Of a DNA stretch of 64,000 nucleotides, positions 11,582-23,386 are shown piece by piece. The notes beneath the pieces were generated by a model. The model worked only from the letters and a program-made list of their open reading frames with translations, was not told the origin of the DNA and made no database searches. Origin of the DNA: an uncultured Nitrososphaerales archaeon. Lineage in GTDB: Archaea > Thermoproteota > Nitrososphaeria > Nitrososphaerales > Nitrososphaeraceae. Position numbers and translations under genes: made by a program. The stretch lies in contig CAVQMO010000012.1 of assembly GCA_963713605.1 (NCBI GenBank), positions 32,001-96,000 of the forward strand. The letters run 5' to 3'. Position 1 is the stretch's first letter, and the number at the start of each line of letters is the position of its first letter.

Positions 11582-13045
11582 ATGTACATGAGCGAGAAAA
11601 TGGATATACCAGAGAAGGAAAGGGCGATAGTACTTCAAGGTGGGGGATCTCTTGGCGCCTATGAGGCTGGAGCTTACAGGGCTCTATATGAATCTCTCTC
11701 TAATGAAGGGAGAAAAGGAAGATCTACATTTGATATAGTTGCAGGCACTTCAATCGGTGCTATCAATGCTGCTGTTCTTGTGAGTTATGTCACAGAAAAT
11801 CAGACTTATGATGGGTCAGCTGAGAAGCTTGTTGATTTCTGGAATTACCTCTCCAAAGAATCGATGGTGGATACTAATCCTTTTTTTAAACCTTGGTGGG
11901 ATTATTGGCATGCAATAAATGGCGGGATAGCCTCAGGAGAAGCAGCAAGAAGGTACTTTTCAGCCAAAGAGTTTGCGATATTTGGAGTACCAAACGTCTT
12001 TTTATCCTCATCGACCTACCGGTGACAGTAAATTTTACGATTCAGACAACACTTGGTTTTGTTATAGCAACGAACCTCTAAGACGGAGTCTAGAACGATT
12101 TGCAAAATTTCCAATAGCTACTACTAAGGAAGACAATCAGCCAAGACTCTTACTGGTGGCAGTCGACGTAGCAGATGGTATACCCGTTACATTCGATAGT
12201 TATCCTAAAAAGGACGGAACACGAAAAACAGAATACGGCAGATTCCTCAGTAACTACGATGGGGAAATTGGATTTGGACATGTTGTCCACTATGACTAGG
12301 GGATCACATCTGATCAAGTCATGGCAAGCGGATCATATCCAGTCAATTTTGATTTTGCTAAAATAGAAGTTGAAAGCTATCCTCTGAACCGACTAGTAGT
12401 CGACTGGCTGACGCGAAGACTCCTAGTCCTGTGAACGCTGACGGTTACAGGAAAGGTATGCGTTATTTCTGGGACGGAGGACTTATGACTAATACTCCAT
12501 TAATGCAGCTAGTTCTAATGCATAGACATTATTGGTGGAAGGTAAGAGGATTAAAAGATAAGGTTCCTCGATTAGGCATCTGCGTAATTAATTTACATCC
12601 TAGAAAACAGACAGAGATTCCATCTGATAAGGACGGTGTTATCAATAGAAATAGTGATATAACTTTTTCAGATAGGACGCAGCAAGAGGAGACCATGCTC
12701 CTGCTAGTATCTGATTATATTGATTTGATAAGGGAGCTATTAAAGGCTGCAACGGAAAAAGGAGTGGACAAGAACTTTATCGCCAATCTCTTGAACAGGA
12801 AAACAAATTTCCATGGTCAGTTCTTGAAGCCAAGACGATACCAAGACATACTTGAAGGACGGTTTCAGATCGATGAAATAATACGCGTAGACAGGGAAAA
12901 CGATTTTGACACTATTTCTAACAAGATATTTGATTTTTCTTCCGAAACTATAAACCTATTGCTTGAACGAGGATACAATGACGCAATCAATGGATTTGAA
13001 GAGTATATGCGAAATCAGCCCAGCAAAACAGCTGATAACAAGTAA
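11582..13045 (+). CDS. patatin-like phospholipase/esterase (interrupted by frameshifts and one in-frame TAG)
   Basis: 'LQGGGSLGAYEAG' glycine loop, 'GTSIG' nucleophile and 'WDGG' catalytic Asp, spread over ORFs 11519, 11973 and 12431; YD*GITSDQVMASGSYP reads through the TAG at 12297. Confidence 0.88.
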
Positions 13046-13279
13046 AAGGTATTTCCAATAAGAATGCATTTGAGGCCTTTGAGAACAAAATTTGATATGT
13101 TGACTAGGTGTAGGATGGCATTGCCAATCGAATGACCTCTGTATGAGAAACGAATTTGGCAGACTGTGATGAGCAGACAACATTCACACTTTAGATTTAA
13201 TACCATAACTCATCTCAAATCCAATTTGGAATTATTGTTGTCTAGAGCTATAGTGAAAATACATTTCTAAAAGAACTAC

Positions 13280-13660
13280 TCAGATATCTTTCTTATTCGT
13301 ATTCAATTCCTCTTTGGTACTCATCTCTACTTCTTTTGAGAGGGACCAGCTTAGTAATATTCTTAAAACTACTATCAATGCGAACCCTGCAGTTTCCTCT
13401 AGCGTCGGATCTAGAATAGTCTGGAGTAAATCAGCGGCAATCAAGAAATCTAGTGCGATGAGAAGGCCCCTTAACATTCTTGCGACAATTTTATGAACAT
13501 ATACCTGTCGCTGCTCCTTCCTTATTCTAGAGAGAAGCAACTTGACCAAATTGGCCAATGTAATAATAACTATCGCAGTTACAAGAACTCCAACAATTAT
13601 TTCTATGATGATAACTATGTATTCGACGAATAAGTGAAAAATTTCAGGGCTTACCACCAA
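13280..13660 (-). CDS. DUF1622-type membrane protein
   Basis: 'RGLLIALDFLIAADLLQTI..PT.E....A.IVVLR..LSW.L.KE' signature. Confidence 0.85.
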   Translation of the reverse strand: MVVSPEIFHLFVEYIVIIIEIIVGVLVTAIVIITLANLVKLLLSRIRKEQRQVYVHKIVARMLRGLLIALDFLIAADLLQTILDPTLEETAGFALIVVLRILLSWSLSKEVEMSTKEELNTNKKDI

Positions 13661-13927
13661 GCTCTAGGACTTACTTTATAGTGTGTATACTTATACTTTT
13701 GTTAAATCCGGCTTTTGATATCATAACTCGGAGTAGATCACTATACATGATATCCCTATACAGGATGGGATTTGCACCTATGCCTAATTCGATCAAGTTT
13801 CAGCCATTGTAAACAGGATGGGATGTCAGTGGATTCAATCTACTTCTTACCTAGGTTATTGACTGAGGCAGAGTTAAAACACAAGCCATAAGTAATCCGA
13901 TGACGTTATCTTGTATACAGGTGAGCA

Positions 13928-14254
13928 ATGTGTATGTCTTGGACTGATATGTACAACCAGTATGTAAAAAGTTATGAAAGCATGAATGAATTCTATAATG
14001 ACTATGTCAATAAAATGAAAAAGCTTAATGAGTTATTCGAAGATGCGTCACGAAACATTAGTAAAATGAATGACCTGTATCGGGATCTGGTTAAAGTCAA
14101 TGAAAATATGTACAATCTATATACTCAGTACCTCAATCATTTCCAGAAATTGAATCAACAGTGGATGGAGTCAGTGTGGGGTCCTTTTTTAGCAAAAGTA
14201 CAAGTACAAGGGAAGGAAGAGATAAAGGCCACAGCGGAAGAAAAGAAGGAATAA
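13928..14254 (+). CDS. amphipathic all-helical protein (phasin/PhaE-like composition)
   Basis: 108 aa, rich in Y/M/N/Q with heptad periodicity, ending '...QQWMESVWGPFL' plus a charged tail. Confidence 0.65.
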   Translation: MCMSWTDMYNQYVKSYESMNEFYNDYVNKMKKLNELFEDASRNISKMNDLYRDLVKVNENMYNLYTQYLNHFQKLNQQWMESVWGPFLAKVQVQGKEEIKATAEEKKE

Positions 14255-14580
14255 GATTTCGCAGAGAAGGACAAAAACTAGAACGAAACTCGAGGAAAGC
14301 AAATATTGAATCTGCATACAAGATGAACTGATAAACAGATTCTTCACTTACCTAGTACCACTAATCAACAGAGCACCAATGTTTGGTCTTTTTTCTCAAA
14401 TGCAGGCTGAGGAACAAGAATGTACATAATAAATACTTAGACCTTCCTGGCATGCTGATATGAGGAATTAAACTTTAACACAAGTTGGTTGTTGTAGATA
14501 ACTGGATGTAGCCCAGATATATTATTAGTAGCTAACAACTAAGGAGCATACACGTGCATCATTGTTCTGTAACGGCCCAT

Positions 14581-15492
14581 TTAACCTCTAATAGCTCCCA
14601 ATGTTAGCCCTCTCACCATATTTTTCTGAAAACTCAACATTAACACAAGCACAGGGATTATAGCAATCGTTATTCCCGCACTTAGATATCCCCAATCAAT
14701 CCTATATAATGAAATAAATTGGTAAAGTGCAACCTGAAATACCGTCGAATCAGGATGATTTGCAAGCACCACAGCTAAAATGAATTCGTTCCATGCAAAT
14801 CTAAAGGAAAGAACGGCTGCGATAGCAAATCCTGGCATCGATAGAGGGATGGTAATTCTACGCAATACACCTAACCTTGAGCATCCGTCTAGAAGAGCGC
14901 TCTCCTCAAGATCCTTGGGTATAGTTTCAAAATAGCTCTTTAGCAACAATATGTTCAGAGGAATAATGAGTATTTGAAACGTTAACATCAATGCGAATAA
15001 GGAATTTAACAAGCCTAAATCTGCCAACATTATGTAAAGAGGTACTATGTTAATAACAACAGGGATCATAAAAAGCCCTAAAATAATACTTATGATCAAG
15101 TTTTTACCCTTGAATTCAAATCGTGCAAATGAGTAACCCCCTAGTGCGCTAACTGTCACGCTTAAGAGCGTACTTCCGATGCTTACGATAAAGCTATTTG
15201 ATAGACTCTGAACTAGAGTGGGATCAGTCAGAACAAAAACAAAATTCTCTAGAGTAGGGTCTTCTGGAATTAACTTAGGGGGAAAACTCATTGCTTCTTG
15301 ATTTTGCTTCAATGACGTTGAAAATATCCAAACTATTGGAGTAAAAGTAATAAAAAGAAAAATAGCTATTAGGCCATAAAGCATCAATCTCTCACCTAAA
15401 GTTGACCTTGTGCTTTCGTGATTGATTTTGTCAGCTGACCTGAAATAGCGAGTAAATTCATGATTTCCGTTTTTGCTTTCGTCTTGTTTCAT
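14581..15492 (-). CDS. carbohydrate ABC transporter permease (MalG-like)
   Basis: EAA loop 'IPKDLEESALLDGCS', 'AWNEF', about six TM helices. Confidence 0.95.
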   Translation of the reverse strand: MKQDESKNGNHEFTRYFRSADKINHESTRSTLGERLMLYGLIAIFLFITFTPIVWIFSTSLKQNQEAMSFPPKLIPEDPTLENFVFVLTDPTLVQSLSNSFIVSIGSTLLSVTVSALGGYSFARFEFKGKNLIISIILGLFMIPVVINIVPLYIMLADLGLLNSLFALMLTFQILIIPLNILLLKSYFETIPKDLEESALLDGCSRLGVLRRITIPLSMPGFAIAAVLSFRFAWNEFILAVVLANHPDSTVFQVALYQFISLYRIDWGYLSAGITIAIIPVLVLMLSFQKNMVRGLTLGAIRG

Positions 15493-15510
15493 TTCAGGAT
15501 TCTCAGTATT

Positions 15511-16383
15511 TTATCTCCTTAGAAATTTTACATAAATGATCGCTACTGTTAAATTGATCAAGATCAGGATTATACCTGCAGCAGCACCTTTAGATAGTAA
15601 TCCAAACTCAAACGCCTGTCTGTACATATATAGCGACGCAGTGGTGATCGAAAATAAAGGTCCTCCGCCAGTCATGATCAATTGTATGTCAAAGAGGTTT
15701 ACCGACCACATAGTGATCAGAATAAGATTAATTATCATAAACGGTTTCAATAATGGTAGCGTAATGTGAAAAAGAGAGCGCATTTTAGACGCTCCGTCTA
15801 TTCGGGCTGCCTCATATAAGGAAGGATTTATGGATAGTAATCCTGCAGTTAGAAACAACAAGGTAAATGGGGTACCGTACCACATATTTGCGATTACAAG
15901 TGACCATACCACTATATTGGGATCAGAAAGCCATCCAACTGATTCAACACCCATTTGGTTCAGAATGTAATTCAGTATACCAAAATTATCGTCAAGTATG
16001 AATTTGAAAGAGAATGCAGCTATAACTGCGGATATTGTCCATGGTATGATCAGGATTGCTCTATATACACCTGAACCACGAATCTGTTGATTCAAGACAA
16101 TCGCCATCAACATCCCCACACCAAACTGCAAAACCACAGACCCTCCGACAAACATCAAAGTTACTTTCAGTGACGTATAGAAATTTGGATCTTTAAAAAG
16201 GGTAACGAAGTTTTCAGGCCCTACGTATTCCCAGTCCCTGAGAAGTGTAGTAAGACTTACATCATGTAATGCGATGTAAATATTCCAGGATAATGGAAAA
16301 ACAAGAAATACAAGAAGTATTGCAAATGAAGGTGCGAGAAAGAGATATGGCTGTAACTTAGATATTTGAGCCATATTTGACAT
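15511..16383 (-). CDS. carbohydrate ABC transporter permease (MalF-like)
   Basis: 'YVGPENF', 'LYEAARIDGAS', 'MTGGGP'. Confidence 0.95.
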   Translation of the reverse strand: MSNMAQISKLQPYLFLAPSFAILLVFLVFPLSWNIYIALHDVSLTTLLRDWEYVGPENFVTLFKDPNFYTSLKVTLMFVGGSVVLQFGVGMLMAIVLNQQIRGSGVYRAILIIPWTISAVIAAFSFKFILDDNFGILNYILNQMGVESVGWLSDPNIVVWSLVIANMWYGTPFTLLFLTAGLLSINPSLYEAARIDGASKMRSLFHITLPLLKPFMIINLILITMWSVNLFDIQLIMTGGGPLFSITTASLYMYRQAFEFGLLSKGAAAGIILILINLTVAIIYVKFLRR

Positions 16384-16487
16384 TCAAATAAATACTGGTT
16401 TTCTGTTGCTACACCATTATCTGTACCCTTCTCTTGAGATGGCCAAGATTTGGTGATTATTATAAACAGCTTGAAAGGATATGCCTT

Positions 16488-17827
16488 TTACCACCCAAGA
16501 ACTTCAGCTGATTTGATGGCGCTTTCCTGCAATGCCTGACTTGGATCCTTGCCGCCAAAGTAAACCCCATCTATTGCTTCGCGAATATTATCGGCTATTT
16601 GTGGATATTCTGGAATGTTTGGTCTGCTATGGCCAATTGGGATCATGGAAATCATATCTGAGTAGTATGGTATTGTAGCATTAAGGCTTTGAGAATAGGG
16701 TCCTTCAGCAATGGGCTTTTGGGTAGGTAGGTAGCCTTCTTTTTCGAGCATAGGCGCAAGGATTTCGGGATCCACCAATAATGTAAGTAATTCCCAAGAG
16801 AGTTGCTTATTCTGAGACGTTTCAGGAATGCTTAGAATCCATCCACCCATCATGGTGGCAGATTTATTTCCCTCGTTTGGAACCGGAAACATTGGTATCA
16901 TACCCACACTCTGGTTGAGACCCGCCCATTGCCCACGAGGGAAAGTGCCCAGTAACCACGAACCTTCTAACATCATAGCAAACTTCTTATCAGCAAACTC
17001 TTGGCCCCAAAAATGATTGACTTGCGGCTTGATACCTGCATCTACCTGTCTCTTGATGAACTCTAATGACTGTACTCCCTCAGGTACCTGTTGTAGGATG
17101 GAAACCAGTAGGTTCCCTGAGTAGGGTGTCCACTCCTTTGCTCTAATATATCGCCCCCTAACATCCATAGGTAGGGGTACCACATGTCCGGCGAGTGACT
17201 TGCACCAACTAGATGCGCTCCCTGAATTCCCTGTTGACCCAGGGCATCATTAAGTTTCTTTGCAGCTGATAGATATCCGTCCCATGTTTCAAGAGTGCCT
17301 GGATCCACACCAGCATCTTTCAAAAGATCCTTCCAGTACCACAATGCTCGTACATCAGTCCATGCCCATATTCCATAGATCTTGTCCTCATACTTTCCTC
17401 CTTCCCAGTTGACAGGGTACCAGTCACCCTCTCTTCCCCAAGAAGTCGCATTCTGTGTGAGATTGGTCAAAAAACCTCCTTCAGCAAATTCCCCCAACCA
17501 TATTTGGTCTACTGAAATTAGGTCGATCGGTGTTCTTCCAGCCATCGAAGTGAGAATCTGTGTGCGTGTTGCATCGTAGGGCAGGACCCTGTAATCTATC
17601 TTGATATCCATATCGGGATGATTTTCATTAAGTTTCTTTGTAGCATTATCAAACAAAACGTCCCACCTCTCCTTCGGTTCAGCCACAATGGCAGTTAGAG
17701 TGACTTTTTCCTTTTGAGCATCCAAGGAATTAACCAATCCTGTAAAAATTACGCTAATTAAGAAGGCCGAACTAAGTATAAACACCATTTTCTTATTTAT
17801 GTATAAAATATTCATTAGAAACAACAA
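16488..17827 (-). CDS. sugar ABC transporter substrate-binding protein (one frameshift near 17090)
   Basis: ORF 17063..17827 (N-terminal signal/anchor, 'DQIWLGEFAEGG', 'ALWYWKDLL') joins ORF 16488..17183 ('AMMLEGSW', 'GGWILSI', 'YPQIAD'). Confidence 0.9.
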
Positions 17828-18210
17828 AGACGCGGCATCTTTTTAAATGTTTTTGTCAAAGGAATGATCGTTCGGATTATATTTCATTCTATGATTTACA
17901 TCGCAGGCTTATTTGCCCTGATCCTTGTTTATTCAAAGATTATTATATGATAATAGGTACAAAGACTGAGTGGCTGGATCTAGATTGGATTGGCGAAAAT
18001 AGGCACCATTGATTGGCTAGAACCTATTGCATTCACACAAAATAAATTGCAGAGACCAAAGCCACTTGAGTGAGCCCATACATGCAATTCTTTTTACCTA
18101 CGTGAAGCTCCTTTGTTCGAGTCTAGAATTTCAATGATAGCCCTTTAATCAATACTAATAAGTATGATACTTAATCTGTACCGTCCTGGAAAGGGCGAAC
18201 ACGTATATCC

Positions 18211-19365
18211 ATGTCCACTCGCGTAAGGATTGAAAATTTAACCAAGAATTACGGAAATGTTAATGCTCTTGCTAACTTTTCGTTAGAAGTTGATCCTGGT
18301 GAATTTATGGTTCTGCTTGGCCCTTCTGGGTGTGGAAAGACTACCGCAGTTAGATGCATAGCAGGCCTTAGCGATCCAAGCAGCGGGACCATACATATAG
18401 GAGACCAGTTAGTCAACGGTTTACCTCCAAGAGACAGAGATATTGCTATGGTGTTTCAAAACTATGCTCTCTACCCCCATATGTCAGTATATGATAATAT
18501 AGCATTTCCCTTGAAGATGAGAAAGGAATCTAAAGGAAATATAAAGGAAAAAGTAGAAAAGATTTCCAAACTCCTAGAAATCTCACAATTTATCGATCGA
18601 AAGCCGAAGGAGCTTAGCGGAGGACAGATGCAGAGAGTTGCGTTGGGAAGGGCATTAGTTCGCGAACCCAAGGTTTTCCTAATGGACGAACCTCTCAGCA
18701 ACCTTGATGCAAAAATGCGTGTATACATGAGAACAGAAATAAAAAAACTGCAAAGAAAAGTGGGGATCACCACTATTTACATAACACACGATCAGATCGA
18801 GGCAATGAGTATGGCCGATAGAATTGTCATCATGGATCATGGGTTAATTCAGCAAGTGGGCACACCCCAAGAGGTGTACTCTAAACCATCAAATACTTTT
18901 GTGGCAGGATTTATAGGTAGTCCCCCAATGAATTTACTCGAATGTGAAGTCAGCCGTAGCGATGCTCATTTGCTTTTTGAAATTTCAGGTAGTTTGGTTA
19001 GATCAGAATCCGGTGCCTTACGAAATGTTTTCGATCGATTGTACAGAAAGGAAGAGTCATCTACGAAAGTAACTCTTGGAATCAGACCACGCGATATCTA
19101 TATTGGTAGCGACCGGCTACATTCAGATCTAACCATGGAGTGTATTTTGTCTTTTGTCGAAATGTTAGGTGACGATACAGTTTTGGAAGTGAATATAGGT
19201 AAAAATAGTATGAAAGTACTTACCAATAGTATGACGACTGAAACACACCAAAATTTGTCAGTTGGCCAACGTGTTTTAATAGGAATATCACATGAGAAAC
19301 TACATTTCTTTAACTCTCAAACTGGTGTTAGGAAGGAGGGAAAATTAAACAATAACATACCATAA
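18211..19365 (+). CDS. carbohydrate ABC transporter ATPase (MalK/UgpC family)
   Basis: Walker A GPSGCGKT, 'MVFQNYALYPHM', LSGGQ, 'DEPLSNLD', C-terminal regulatory (TOBE) domain. Confidence 0.96.
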   Translation: MSTRVRIENLTKNYGNVNALANFSLEVDPGEFMVLLGPSGCGKTTAVRCIAGLSDPSSGTIHIGDQLVNGLPPRDRDIAMVFQNYALYPHMSVYDNIAFPLKMRKESKGNIKEKVEKISKLLEISQFIDRKPKELSGGQMQRVALGRALVREPKVFLMDEPLSNLDAKMRVYMRTEIKKLQRKVGITTIYITHDQIEAMSMADRIVIMDHGLIQQVGTPQEVYSKPSNTFVAGFIGSPPMNLLECEVSRSDAHLLFEISGSLVRSESGALRNVFDRLYRKEESSTKVTLGIRPRDIYIGSDRLHSDLTMECILSFVEMLGDDTVLEVNIGKNSMKVLTNSMTTETHQNLSVGQRVLIGISHEKLHFFNSQTGVRKEGKLNNNIP

Positions 19366-19620
19366 ATGAACTTTACTGCAGTTTATATCAAACCATGTAG
19401 TCTCAATATCAATTGATGACCCATTTTAGTATCGGTTAAATTAATCAACAACTTTCGTTTACCCAGGGACCAAAATCCTAAATCCTAAAATTCACAATCT
19501 ATTTTTAGATTGTGATTGTAGCATGTTCTACAGCAACGGTCAAACGGATAATTAAAAAAGGTCATTATATGAAGTTAGTATATAAATAGATAGGATAATA
19601 GAAAATATGGTCGATTAGCG

Positions 19621-20319
19621 TTGGAAGAGAATAATCATTCCCATTGGCGTAATAGCGTAGTGAAAATAAAAATTAACCAACAGAATATGATTGAAGGTGA
19701 TCTAATGCTTCCCGCCTCTGGTACCACTATGAAAGGTATTGTTATTTTTGCTCATGGAAGTGGTAGCAGTAGGCATAGTCCAAGAAGCAAGTATGTTGCA
19801 CAAGTGCTGAATAATGTTGGTTTCGCTACACTCGTGGTTGACCTACTTACTCTAGAGGAAGAAACTGTGGATAACCTTACAAAGGAACATAGATTCAATA
19901 TTGTATTACTAGCTCAAAGATTAATTTCTTGTACAGACTGGACTTTACAGAATCCCGAATTGAAAAATTTGAAGATTGGATATTTTGGTGCTAGTACAGG
20001 AGCTGCAGCTGCATTAGTGGCGGCTGCGGCTCGTCCAAATGCAATCAGTGCAATCGTATCACGCGGAGGTAGACCTGACTTAGCTGGTAAAGAGGTATTA
20101 GATCAAATTGAAGCTCCTACGTTGTTAATAGTAGGCGAAAATGATAAGACAGTAATTGAACTTAATCAAAATGCGTTAAAGCTGCTTACACGAATCGAAA
20201 AAAGGAAGAAAATTATCTTAATCCCCAACGCAACACACTTATTTGAAGAGGATGGTGCCCTCGAAGAAGTTGCTAGACGAGCTAGTGGCTGGTTTGAATG
20301 TTTCTTTCTAGAACAATGA
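19621..20319 (+). CDS. dienelactone hydrolase-family alpha/beta hydrolase
   Basis: 'FAHGSGSSRHSPR', nucleophile 'GASTG', 'SRGGRPDLA', 'ATHLFEE'. Confidence 0.9.
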   Translation: MEENNHSHWRNSVVKIKINQQNMIEGDLMLPASGTTMKGIVIFAHGSGSSRHSPRSKYVAQVLNNVGFATLVVDLLTLEEETVDNLTKEHRFNIVLLAQRLISCTDWTLQNPELKNLKIGYFGASTGAAAALVAAAARPNAISAIVSRGGRPDLAGKEVLDQIEAPTLLIVGENDKTVIELNQNALKLLTRIEKRKKIILIPNATHLFEEDGALEEVARRASGWFECFFLEQ

Positions 20320-20720
20320 GATTGTTGGACCATTATAACCTACACCTCTCAATCTTGATAGACCCCAATGAGCGGAAGGGTTAGAGATGAATTTGAAAGA
20401 ATTGATGAAGCCTACATGGCATACGTGCATTGTTGTTGTTACTAACACCTAAAATCTGCACTTTGACCGATTATTGGAAGTAAAGTGCGTTAATTCGAAA
20501 GATCTCAGTTATTTTTGAAGACTCTACTCTTTGTCCCAGTTGTACCTACCAATCAGATATTTTTTATTATTAGTTGGATAGATTACCAGGTATCTACGAA
20601 TTATCTGTGAAGCTGCATGAGTCAATTGACTACTTGGCCTGTGCCTGTTTGTATCACAACTTGAATTTGAAGCTATATCAATATGGAAATACATTACAAT
20701 ACTGAACAACACAGATTAAG

Positions 20721-21173
20721 TCATTGTTCAGAATGCTTTATCCTCTTAGGAAATTCAGATAATGTACTTGAATTGCATCTCAAACAAGCTAACTCTTCTG
20801 CTTCAGCAAGATAGGATACATAGTAACATTTGGAACATTGCATACGCCTCAAAGTGCTACCTAGCTCGAATGAACGACCATCCTTCATCTTTATGACACG
20901 CTGGTGGAGGAAATTACCAACCACAATATCTACTAATTGAGAAATCTGATCAATATCATCATTTCTATATCTTAGATATGTTTTGGTTATTTCTGATGGA
21001 AGCATTCTCAGTTCAAATTCTAGTCTTCCTTTATTTGACTGCCTAAAGAGATGATCTCGCAAATACCAATCTAACTCCCTAATTTTCAAGTCTGTCATCC
21101 CAAATCCAAATAATGTTAGAGTATACAGGTGTAAAATACTTATGTTACCTTGGTGGCTAATTCTGATGAGCAA
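20721..21173 (-). CDS. hypothetical protein with winged-helix-like region and C-terminal Zn ribbon
   Basis: CSKC...CLRC at the C-terminus; true start may be at 'MTDLKIRELDWYLRD'. Confidence 0.7.
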   Translation of the reverse strand: MLIRISHQGNISILHLYTLTLFGFGMTDLKIRELDWYLRDHLFRQSNKGRLEFELRMLPSEITKTYLRYRNDDIDQISQLVDIVVGNFLHQRVIKMKDGRSFELGSTLRRMQCSKCYYVSYLAEAEELACLRCNSSTLSEFPKRIKHSEQ

Positions 21174-21255
21174 GGATTAATTTCCGAATACCAACCATTA
21201 TTCATTGCTTCTGATCAATGGAATTGTTGTCATCAATGTTATTGTTATTGTAATA

Positions 21256-23003
21256 CTAAGTATGTAAATTAACTAATTGCTCTCTGGTTAATATGACTGG
21301 CAATACTGTCCCAGGTCGTGCCTTATATCCAGGAACTCCTACTCCCACGGCGATCATCGGTCCTCTTATTAGCCGCATGTGGAGCAAAGAATTCGGTCGT
21401 CGCATCATCGAAGAATGTTGTTCCAGATGCCCCTATAGAGTGTGCATAGCTTGACAAGTATATTTTACCTGTAATGATCCCTGCTTCAAGCTGAGCAACC
21501 CGATATCCTCTGTTACCAAGTTCATCGAGCACCTTATGAAGATCCGCCATCAAGAATATCACTGCACTTGCATCACTAAAAAGAGACTGGCCTAGACAAA
21601 GATAACCGGAGATCTGCCTTGATGCATTTCTTTTTAACAAATCGAACGCTTTGAGTTTGCGATTAAAGAAATATGCCCCAGGTTCTAGACCAACCACACT
21701 ATTAGAGATAAGATAAGCGTCGATTACCGATGACATAGCTTGTTCATTTGCGAAGACATCCATTGGCACTCCCCGTGTGGAGCTGTCAAGTATAGAGAAA
21801 AGTGTGGAAATTGAAATAGACGAACGCTTATCAAACCTTCGAGTTGATCCTCGTCTCAATATTACTTCGCCGATAGTCATCCTTGTAGGTGTACCTGTGA
21901 CATCTGACATCTCTTTTCGGTCCAAAATGGGTTCAGTGTTGTTTTCCAATTCAATGTTTTGATGTCGTTGTTCTAAATGTTGCTTGGAAATTGAGCTCGT
22001 ATTGTGATTAGTTTGGATTTGCTGGCCAGATAGAGGTATTATTTGTTTGAATGTCGATCCAAGATTCGACATCTCCTCTATCTAAAAGTTTTGAATTTTG
22101 GTGCACTTTCCAAATATCAGGATAATCTATCTCTTCTCCTTGTGACACCGATACAATCTTTGGAATGGGTAGATCACCAATTTCTTTTTGGATATTGCTA
22201 TCTGTCTTGGAGTCAGATTTTGGGCAATAGCCTATCCCAATCGACGCAATTACTATCGAAGCTTCTTTTAGAGCCTCCAAGCGCAATAGTCTATCAACTA
22301 TATCGTCGACATACCCCATAATCAATTTGGTAGGAAGCTTCATCGATGCAGTAGTTGCCAAGAGATTAGCAACAATCACACCACAGTCCCAGAACCAATG
22401 ACGATAAGATCTTGCCTGATATTTCCATGAATTTCTCCATGCCAAAGAAGAAAATATTATGGAAAGAGGCGACGTAAAGATTGTGTCATATTCTCTTTTT
22501 GCTAACGCGGTGGAAGCCAATGCATGTCTGTAATCTCCGCTTCTTAGCTGAGTTAAGCTGAAATCGGCTGGACCAAAATGATACACTCCAGCAGTTAGAT
22601 CTGGAGTTATGTCACCACAAACGACGTATAATTCTATAGGATAGAGGGCCCCTGTAGCAGAGGCAGCACGCATGAAATAGGTGCCGTAACTATATCTCAT
22701 CACCCTTGTTATGCCAGCAGCAAAAAATAGGATCTCAGATATATCCGTGGCAGAAACAGATTCCTTGGCTTTTATTGTATTATAATCTGCAGGTTGCTTG
22801 ACATCTGAGATTGAAGTGATCGAATCTAAATTTGGGATAGGGAAATTATTCGTAAGAGGGTAACGTGGTTGTTCAAGATATGTTTTAAAAGGCATCGGAC
22901 GGTTATCGTAGTCTAAATAATGTCTAGAGGTCATTATGCTGACTTCTGAATGTTTAGTTGCTTCATGATAATCTAACGCGTGTTGAATCTCCTTATTGTT
23001 CAT
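21256..23003 (-). CDS. SagB/ThcOx-family FMN-dependent dehydrogenase (tandem nitroreductase domains; two frameshifts)
   Basis: 'YHEATKH', 'RAASATGALYPIELY', 'WKYQARSYRH', second domain 'RRGSTRRF...RGYRVAQLEAG'; C-terminus PMIAVGVGVPGY...HT* ends at 21256. Confidence 0.88.
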
Positions 23004-23386
23004 TGATTTGTAATGATTGAAGACTGATATAATTTTTACAAATGGATAGGACTCGAATAGTGGATACATATGATGATGGTCTTGAAAATTGCGTCATAGC
23101 TAGCTATAATATCTAATTCTATTCAAGAAATCAGCTACACCTTGATAGACGCTTTTCAAAACAGACAGAATCTACCTAGGTTCTACGGACTAGCAAAGTG
23201 AACTTGTGCAGGATTTTGGATTAGACTGTTCTACACAATTCGCATGAATTTTGCCAAAAACATGGAAAGTCTTAAAATGATATGCATTTACGAAAAAAGC
23301 TATTGTCCCCTTATCAACTTCGATAAAAATATCTTTATACTCCTCAGGAATATTGTATTATTGAATGTCAAACCCAAACGACAAGT

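Noticed and set aside
21256..23003. TOMM/RiPP biosynthetic cluster around the SagB-like dehydrogenase
   Set aside because: No YcaO cyclodehydratase or credible precursor peptide nearby; stand-alone SagB-like nitroreductases are common.
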